The notes under the pieces are model-generated. The model ran no database searches. It was not told the origin of the DNA and worked only from the letters and a program-made list of their open reading frames with translations. Of a stretch of DNA of 64,000 bases, positions 57,312 to 64,000 are shown one piece after another. The first letter of the stretch is position 1. Each line of letters begins with the position of its first letter. The stretch spans positions 141,529 through 205,528 of the forward strand of contig CAZIDP010000002.1 of assembly GCA_964537975.1 (NCBI GenBank), written 5' to 3'. The translations under genes were made by a program, and so were the position numbers. This stretch comes from an uncultured Nitrospirales bacterium. GTDB lineage: Bacteria > Hydrogenedentota > Hydrogenedentia > Hydrogenedentales > SCBR16-9.

Positions 57312-58400
57312 TTAACTGTTATTCTGTTGAAATTCTCTCATGAAACTGCACAGTGTCTCTACCCCTTCAACGGGCATTGCGTTATAGAGTGAAGCACGAC
57401 ACCCACCAACAGAACGATGCCCTTTAAGACCATCAAGTCCTGATGCTGTTGCTTCAGAAATAAATTTTTTCTCAAGCTCTTCGTTGGGGAGTCGGAACGA
57501 CACATTCATTAATGAACGGCTTTCTGGAAGTGAATGCCCACGGTAATAGCCATCACTCTGATCGATTGCATCATAGAGCAATCCGACTTTCTTGCGGTTT
57601 ATGGCTTCCATTTTATCCAGCCCACCGATGTCTTCCAGCAACCATTCTGTTACAAGGCTTACCATGTAAATACCAAAAGTCGGCGGTGTGTTGTACAGGG
57701 AGTCATTTTCTGCCATCAACTTATAATCCAATAACGCTGGCAGGTTTTCCGGACTTCGCGCTATCATGTCGTCGCGAATAATAACTACTGCCATACCGGA
57801 AGGCCCGACATTCTTTTGGGCGCCGGCATATATCAGGCCATAAGGTGTGACATCAATTGGACGAGAGAGAAAATCAGAAGAGGCATCACAGACAAGTGGC
57901 ACATTTCCCGAAGCTGGTTCTTCAAAAAATTCGATTCCCTGTATGGTCTCATTTGAAGTAAAGTGCAGATAGGCAGCGTCTGGATTCAGCTCCAGTTCGT
58001 CACTTTTGGGCATACGATTATAGTTGTCGCTTTTGCCATTCCATACGGTATGCACTTCACCAAATTTTTTGGCTTCACCAATAGCCTTGCCTGCCCATGA
58101 ACCACAATTAATGTAATCTGCAGGTTTACCATTCATGAGATTCATCGGTACCATGGAAAAATTCATGGTAGCACCACCAGGGGTAAACAAGACTTGATAG
58201 TTTTCTGGCAGATTCAACAAAGTACGGATATTGTTTTTAGCTTTCGCATGTACCGCATCAAAAGCTTTACATCGATGGCTTATTTCCATCACAGATGCGC
58301 CTGCGCCAGGCAGGCAAAGAAATTCGTCCTGTGCTTTTTCCATTGCCTTGAGGGGCAATGCAGCGGGACCGGCAGAAAAATTGATAACTCGTTGCTCCAC
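57312..58400 (-). CDS. serC: phosphoserine aminotransferase
   Basis: VINFSAGPAALP N-terminus and the PLP-lysine region typical of SerC. Confidence 0.85.
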   Translation of the reverse strand: MEQRVINFSAGPAALPLKAMEKAQDEFLCLPGAGASVMEISHRCKAFDAVHAKAKNNIRTLLNLPENYQVLFTPGGATMNFSMVPMNLMNGKPADYINCGSWAGKAIGEAKKFGEVHTVWNGKSDNYNRMPKSDELELNPDAAYLHFTSNETIQGIEFFEEPASGNVPLVCDASSDFLSRPIDVTPYGLIYAGAQKNVGPSGMAVVIIRDDMIARSPENLPALLDYKLMAENDSLYNTPPTFGIYMVSLVTEWLLEDIGGLDKMEAINRKKVGLLYDAIDQSDGYYRGHSLPESRSLMNVSFRLPNEELEKKFISEATASGLDGLKGHRSVGGCRASLYNAMPVEGVETLCSFMREFQQNNS

Positions 58401-58750
58401 GGCAAATTCTCCTTTAATAATAGAAAATAATGGTACTGCGTTGTAGCACTAAATTGTGGGGTATAAGTTGTATCCGCAAAGAAATCTTGAATTGAAACAC
58501 CGGTAGCGTAGTTCTGTTAAATAAACATCACAAGGAAGGCCCCCGGAAATAGCAAATAATCCTACCAGGAAGTATGCGCAGAATTTTATCACGCGCATAA
58601 ACACAATGACCACCAATAATTCTATCAGGAATGCACCGGGCTATGCCAGTGTTGATATATCAGGTACACACTTGAGAATGCATCTGGTATCCTGTATTAT
58701 GAATAACTTGTATTTCAAATACATTAATACTAACTTTTTACATTTAAAGG

Positions 58751-59305
58751 TTGCATGTCAACGCAGTGTCATTTATCACATCTAAAAATAAAACCTGTCG
58801 CATAATTGGCTTGTTGACGATATTCTCGTTCATCAACAACGCTGCTATGGCATTTATTGCATCTTGCTTGTGTGGCGCATCATGCCTTGTTTCAAATCAA
58901 GTACCTCGTGAAGGTTTGACACCTAACCCATGCTGTATGCACACAACAACGCATGGAGATATTGATGATGAAAATCAATCTAACCAATCTTCTCACTGTC
59001 ATAAACCTGATGCGCCTGTAGTACCTTCAAATTTTCCAGATTCAAGTAAATACGAGGTAGTTTCAGTTGCTAATGTGTCCTGGTGTAAATGTGATCATCA
59101 AAGCAGCCAGGTGTCTGACCAAGTTGTAATATGCACAAATCGTATTATCAATGAATTGAAATATATCGCGCCGCATTGTATCCTGACATCTAGTTCAATT
59201 GACAAGATACTTGAAATATCTGCCAAACATTATTTTGACGATTATAGCCTCCATTCAGATCACACCTGCCCTTCCATATATCAAATTTGCACACTTCTCA
59301 ACTGA
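58751..59305 (+). CDS. Cys/His-rich hypothetical protein upstream of Cus-like efflux genes (possible metal-binding protein)
   Basis: CLCGASC, CCMHTTTH, HCH and WCKCDH motifs; start and authenticity uncertain. Confidence 0.3.
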   Translation: MHVNAVSFITSKNKTCRIIGLLTIFSFINNAAMAFIASCLCGASCLVSNQVPREGLTPNPCCMHTTTHGDIDDENQSNQSSHCHKPDAPVVPSNFPDSSKYEVVSVANVSWCKCDHQSSQVSDQVVICTNRIINELKYIAPHCILTSSSIDKILEISAKHYFDDYSLHSDHTCPSIYQICTLLN

Positions 59306-59462
59306 TTTTATTCACTCCCAAAAGCATCTCTTAATCACCTTTTGTGTTGTTGCATCATTTCAGCAGCATAAAAGGCTCATTACCTTGCGAAAATTTCCAT
59401 GAACCTTTGAGAAATTACTTCATCGTGTTTTTGATCATGGAACTGACTGGGAGCTGATTGCC

Positions 59463-61832
59463 ATGGACGAACAGACCAACAATACAAAGAAATCACTTCT
59501 TACAAAATTTCCCATTCCTGGTTTCGGATGTACTTATCAGATTATTTTTCTCATCATTGTGTTTACCATCGGTATTGTCGTCGGTGGAAAATGGCATTCC
59601 GATCCTATGCACGACCATGATTCAGAAAACGGTTCGCAAGCTGAGCTGGATGATATCGAAGGGGATGTCATTTGGACCTGCTCCATGCACCCTCAAATAC
59701 GTGCCGAAGAATTTGGGTTGTGTCCATTATGTAATATGGACCTGATTCCGGTATCAGATGATGACGATGCCGATGCAGCAGCACGTCCACGATTGATTTC
59801 AATTAGCGATTCAGCACATCAGTTACTGAATATCCAGACTTCACCTGTCGAGCGACGCTTTGTCGAGACAGATATTCGCATGGTAGGCAAAGTCGCGATT
59901 GATGAAACCCGTTTGGCGAATATCAGTGCCTGGGTACCCGGACGTATAGACCGATTATATGTGGACTTTACTGGAATTCAGGTTCGTGAAGGTGATCATA
60001 TGGTGGCGCTGTACAGCCCGGACTTGCTGTCAGCGCAAGAAGAGCTTCGTGCATCGGCTCGTACACTTGAAACCTTACGCAGTGGTGCGCCTGATTCCCT
60101 GCGCCGAATAGCTGAGACCACATTGGATGCTGTTCGAGCCCGCCTGTACAGGTGGGGATTGACTGAAGAGCAGGTCAAGCAGGCAGAAACTGGCGAATGG
60201 CAGTCGGACCAAATCACCATTTATTCTCCTATTGGGGGCACAGTGATCCAGCGTGATGGCACCGAGGGTATGTATGTGGATGTTGGAACCCCTATATATA
60301 CCATTGCCGATCTTCGCCAGGTATGGGTTATGCTTGAAGCCTACGAATCAGACTTGCACTGGATACATTACGGCCAACCGGTTTCTTTTACGGCTGCAGC
60401 ATTACCAGGTGAGTCTTTTGACGGCATTATTTCATTTATAGATCCCGTACTTAATCCTGATACCCGGACAGTGCGGGTGCGGGTGAATGTTGCCAATGCT
60501 GATGGACGACTGAAGCCGGACATGTTTGTGCAAGGCTATATTCGCAGCCAAATTGCCACCGGTGGGCGAGTGGTACATCCTGAGCTGGCCGGTAAGTGGA
60601 TTTCTCCAATGCATCCGGAAGTTGTCAAAGATGGTCCAGGGAACTGTACGGTCTGCGGCATGCCTTTGGTACGGGCTGAAACTTTAGGGTATGTTCCTGC
60701 CAATATTACAGATGCCGACAAACCTCTGCTCATTCCCAAGTCTGCACCGCTGATAACAGGCAAGCGGGCATTGGTCTATGTTTCAATTCCAGACATGGAA
60801 CGCCCAACTTTTGAAGGGCGTGAAATTATACTTGGACCGCGGGCAGGAGACTACTACCTGGTTGTGAGTGGCTTGGAACCAGGAGAGCGTGTGGTCACAC
60901 ACGGCACCTTTAAAATCGACAGCGCGCTTCAAGTACTGGCAAGGCCCAGTATGATGGCGCCAGATGCATTGTTGGATAAATGGGACGACGAACCACTGGA
61001 TGGAATTGAATTTTCTATACGTGAAAAGATGGAGTGGTTGTTGGATGCTTCTTTACATCTGGCAGGGTTGGACATTGATTCAGAAGATGATCTTAATGAT
61101 GCGGCTCAAAACATGATGCAGCATTTTAATAATATTGATCCATCTGTACTCCCCCCGGAAGCACAGGGGTATTGGTCAGAAATTGTTATGAAGCAACGCA
61201 ACAATTCCATGGGGTTGCTTGCAGCAAGAACCATAACGGAACAAAAAGATTATCAGGCTGATATCCGGCGACTCGCAGAAAAAATGGGGGCCATCTTCGG
61301 CCTGATTGACGCACCCTTACCCGATGCCCCGGAAACGCTCCAGGCTGATATTCGCAAGGTGTTTGATGCATACATAACCATACAACAAGCGTTGGCTGAT
61401 GATGACTATAGCACAGCGCAAAATGCCATCCCTGCACTGGAATCTCAATTACACTCTATTGATTTGTCCGATATTTCTGGTGCCGATTTATCACAGTGGG
61501 AATCCTGGAGTGAAATAATGGTTTCGGCTATTGGGGAGATGGATGCGGCAGCAGACCTGGTTGCGATGCGAGTGCCTTTTGAACCTTTATCAGATACTTT
61601 GATTGAGGTCATCAGAAACTACGGTATAGGGCCAGGCGCTCCAGTCTATCTGGTTCATTGCCCTATGGCATTTGACTTCGAAGGTGCCGACTGGCTGCAA
61701 GATCATGATCGTGTTTTGAATCCATATTTTGGCGATGAAATGCTGATGTGTGGCACGGTGAATGATCGGTTGTATGCGGGGGAAGAGTCAGCATTGGATG
61801 ATGACTCAGATGAGGTGCATGATCATGGATGA
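59463..61832 (+). CDS. CusB-like RND efflux periplasmic adaptor with two heavy-metal-binding domains and a C-terminal DUF3347-like extension
   Basis: HMBD motifs WTCSMHPQI...GLCPLCNMDL and ISPMHPEVV...GNCTVCGMPL; a membrane-fusion-protein beta-barrel/lipoyl core; ~300 extra helical C-terminal residues with a CPMAFD motif. Confidence 0.8.
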   Translation: MDEQTNNTKKSLLTKFPIPGFGCTYQIIFLIIVFTIGIVVGGKWHSDPMHDHDSENGSQAELDDIEGDVIWTCSMHPQIRAEEFGLCPLCNMDLIPVSDDDDADAAARPRLISISDSAHQLLNIQTSPVERRFVETDIRMVGKVAIDETRLANISAWVPGRIDRLYVDFTGIQVREGDHMVALYSPDLLSAQEELRASARTLETLRSGAPDSLRRIAETTLDAVRARLYRWGLTEEQVKQAETGEWQSDQITIYSPIGGTVIQRDGTEGMYVDVGTPIYTIADLRQVWVMLEAYESDLHWIHYGQPVSFTAAALPGESFDGIISFIDPVLNPDTRTVRVRVNVANADGRLKPDMFVQGYIRSQIATGGRVVHPELAGKWISPMHPEVVKDGPGNCTVCGMPLVRAETLGYVPANITDADKPLLIPKSAPLITGKRALVYVSIPDMERPTFEGREIILGPRAGDYYLVVSGLEPGERVVTHGTFKIDSALQVLARPSMMAPDALLDKWDDEPLDGIEFSIREKMEWLLDASLHLAGLDIDSEDDLNDAAQNMMQHFNNIDPSVLPPEAQGYWSEIVMKQRNNSMGLLAARTITEQKDYQADIRRLAEKMGAIFGLIDAPLPDAPETLQADIRKVFDAYITIQQALADDDYSTAQNAIPALESQLHSIDLSDISGADLSQWESWSEIMVSAIGEMDAAADLVAMRVPFEPLSDTLIEVIRNYGIGPGAPVYLVHCPMAFDFEGADWLQDHDRVLNPYFGDEMLMCGTVNDRLYAGEESALDDDSDEVHDHG

Positions 61833-64000
61833 TAAAGCAAACTCTATATACAAAGAAACGCCCAAAGGGATAATCGATCATCTCATCTGGTTTTGTTTGA
61901 ACAATCAACTGGTTGTCATTTTAATAGCATTGATATTGGTGGGTGCTGGTATCATGACCGCGCCATTTGCCTGGAACTTGTGGGACCTGCCTCGCGCTCC
62001 AATAGCTGTTGATGCCATACCGGATATCGGTGAAAATCAGCAGATAGTTTTTACGGAATGGCCGGGACGTTCACCACAAGACATGGAAGACCAGGTGACC
62101 TACCCGCTCACTGTGGCATTGTTGGGCATTCCCGGTGTTAACAATGTACGTTCTTTTTCTATGTTTGGATTCTCCTCCATTTACGTGATATTTGATGAGG
62201 ACATCGAGTTCTATTGGTCGCGTGCTCGTATTATCGAAAAGTTGAACAGCCTACCCCAAGGCGCGTTGCCCGATGGGGTGCAGCCTTCGTTGGGACCAGA
62301 TGCTACTGCGCTTGGCCAGGTCTACTGGTATACGCTTGAAGGAATGGACCCGGACGGCAACCCGGCTGGTGGATGGGACTTACATGAGCTCCGAAGTATT
62401 CAGGACTGGTATGTACGTTATGGATTGCTTGCCGCAGAAGGTGTGAGTGAAGTAGCGTCTGTCGGCGGCTATGTACTGGAATATCAGGTTGATATCAACC
62501 AGGATGCCATGCGTGCCCATAACATCATGTTGATGGATGTGTTTGATGCCGTCCGCAATTCCAACATTGATGTGGGAGCTCGGGAACTGGAGCTGAACCA
62601 GGTGGAGTATCTCATCAGAGGCAGAGGCTTCATCGAAAGTATCGAAGATATCGAAGAAACGGCTATACGGACAGTAAATAATGTACCCATCCGTATACGC
62701 GATATCGCAAATATTACGCTTGGGCCGGCAATGCGGCGTGGCGTACTAGACAAAGAAGGCGCGGAGGCGGTGGGGGGTGTCGTGGTTGTGCGTTATGGCG
62801 CAAATCCGCTGTCAGCTATAGACAACACGAAAGCGAAAATTGCTGAGCTTGCCCCGGGCTTACCTTCGAAAGCTGTCGTTGATTATAGTAAAACGGACAG
62901 TGAATCGGTGCGAGAATTTGCTGAAACACTGGGCTTTGTTGCATATCATGGCCCCGATCTTGATCAGGAAGCCTGGCTGAGCTGGTTACGAAGTGTTTCG
63001 CGGGAGGAATGGCCGGAATGGATAACGATCAGCCAGGTCACCATTGTACCTTTCTACGATCGCACCGGATTGATTTATGAGACACTCGGCACGTTGCAAG
63101 AAGCCTTAATATTGCAAATCCTCGTAACTATAATTGTCGTCGTAATAATGGTGCGACATCTGCGAAGCTCAATTCTTATCAGTGGCATATTGCCCATGGC
63201 AGTTTTGTTGTGTTTTCTGACCATGAAACAGTTGGGTGTTGACGCAAATATTGTTGCTCTGTCTGGCATTGCCATAGCAATTGGCACCATGGTGGACATG
63301 GGAATCATCTTGTGTGAAAACATACTTAAACACCTCGATGAATCCGACAAAAATGTTCCAAGACTGAACGTTGTTTATCGCGCTGCGAGTGAGGTAGGAA
63401 GTGCGGTGCTGACTGCTGTGGCAACCACGGTTATCAGTTTTCTCCCAGTGTTTACCATGACTGGTGCCGAGGGAAAATTGTTTAAACCATTGGCCTTCAC
63501 CAAGACCTTTGCACTGATTGCTTCCGTATTATTGGCCTTGACACTGTTGCCCATCTTGGCCCACTTGATATTGGCCCGTAAGCCTGGAACACCTTTGTTG
63601 AAGTATATTGGTTTGATTGTATTGTCTGTTGCGGGCTTGATACTCGGTTACCTCTACTTTTGGTGGATAGGCGTTATCGTAATTGCTGTGGCTGCCTTTC
63701 ATGCATTCGGGGAGCGACTGCCTGAAGTACTCCGTGGGAGCGGCGTATGGGTATTAAATGGGGGTGTTGCTTTACTGGTCAGCTTACTACTCAGTTATCT
63801 ATGGGCACCACTTGGGGTGGAAAAAGGGCAGGTCGCAAATTTTATATTTGTCAGCCTTCTGATAGGTTGCCTGTTGCTCTTTTTCAATGCTTTATTATGG
63901 GCTTATCCTCATATATTGCGCTGGTGTTTACGCCATAAACTCCTGTATATGTCCTTGCCAACAATCATACTAGTCTTTGGTATGTGTACCTGGCTTGGAT
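61825..64000 (+). CDS. CusA/CzcA-family heavy-metal efflux RND permease (partial, runs off window end)
   Basis: Open frame from ATG 61825 to the window end, overlapping the adaptor stop by 8 nt. N-terminal TM plus a large periplasmic loop typical of the HME-RND family. Confidence 0.8.
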   Translation, partial: MDDKANSIYKETPKGIIDHLIWFCLNNQLVVILIALILVGAGIMTAPFAWNLWDLPRAPIAVDAIPDIGENQQIVFTEWPGRSPQDMEDQVTYPLTVALLGIPGVNNVRSFSMFGFSSIYVIFDEDIEFYWSRARIIEKLNSLPQGALPDGVQPSLGPDATALGQVYWYTLEGMDPDGNPAGGWDLHELRSIQDWYVRYGLLAAEGVSEVASVGGYVLEYQVDINQDAMRAHNIMLMDVFDAVRNSNIDVGARELELNQVEYLIRGRGFIESIEDIEETAIRTVNNVPIRIRDIANITLGPAMRRGVLDKEGAEAVGGVVVVRYGANPLSAIDNTKAKIAELAPGLPSKAVVDYSKTDSESVREFAETLGFVAYHGPDLDQEAWLSWLRSVSREEWPEWITISQVTIVPFYDRTGLIYETLGTLQEALILQILVTIIVVVIMVRHLRSSILISGILPMAVLLCFLTMKQLGVDANIVALSGIAIAIGTMVDMGIILCENILKHLDESDKNVPRLNVVYRAASEVGSAVLTAVATTVISFLPVFTMTGAEGKLFKPLAFTKTFALIASVLLALTLLPILAHLILARKPGTPLLKYIGLIVLSVAGLILGYLYFWWIGVIVIAVAAFHAFGERLPEVLRGSGVWVLNGGVALLVSLLLSYLWAPLGVEKGQVANFIFVSLLIGCLLLFFNALLWAYPHILRWCLRHKLLYMSLPTIILVFGMCTWLG

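Overview
This is a gene-dense bacterial chromosomal window of about 64 kb with roughly 45-48% GC; no rRNA, tRNA, CRISPR array or obvious mobile element was seen. The genes look like a marine or host-associated Gram-negative lineage, but the phylum cannot be assigned from sequence alone. The clues are two Tat-signal Gfo/Idh/MocA oxidoreductases, HEAT repeats, an ankyrin lipoprotein and long Pro/Glu/Thr-rich tails. Housekeeping operons are clear on the minus strand at 6357-9777 (ddl, dapF, purN, HAD hydrolase) and 31758-37191 (yhhQ, ybaB, fmt, rsmB, a PASTA-domain protein, rpe). On the plus strand the run accA, DUF167, purine nucleoside phosphorylase, yacL-like PIN/TRAM, ispD, ispF is also clear; further on are tlyA, recN and arfB, with serC on the minus strand. 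The accessory regions that deserve attention are these. (1) Positions 9842-25181: two paralogous secreted Ntn-hydrolase (penicillin/AHL-acylase family) genes flank an esterase, a hexapeptide acyltransferase and a GlcG-like protein, with a Tat-Gfo/Idh/MocA oxidoreductase, a HEAT/beta-sandwich protein, an ABC exporter and a fused double class II aldolase nearby. (2) An ExeA/GspA-GspB pair, each carrying a very long low-complexity tail. (3) Positions 49385-51600: a minus-strand cluster of three hypothetical proteins with a decayed tandem duplication that preserves a roughly 100-nt leader and signal-peptide start. (4) A stand-alone Cys/His 44-aa micro-ORF with its own promoter-like and terminator-like elements. 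(5) A CusB-like adaptor with two heavy-metal-binding domains and a C-terminal extension, next to a partial CusA. (6) A PASTA-only membrane protein with no canonical start codon. All functional calls are from motif recognition by eye; no database search was run.
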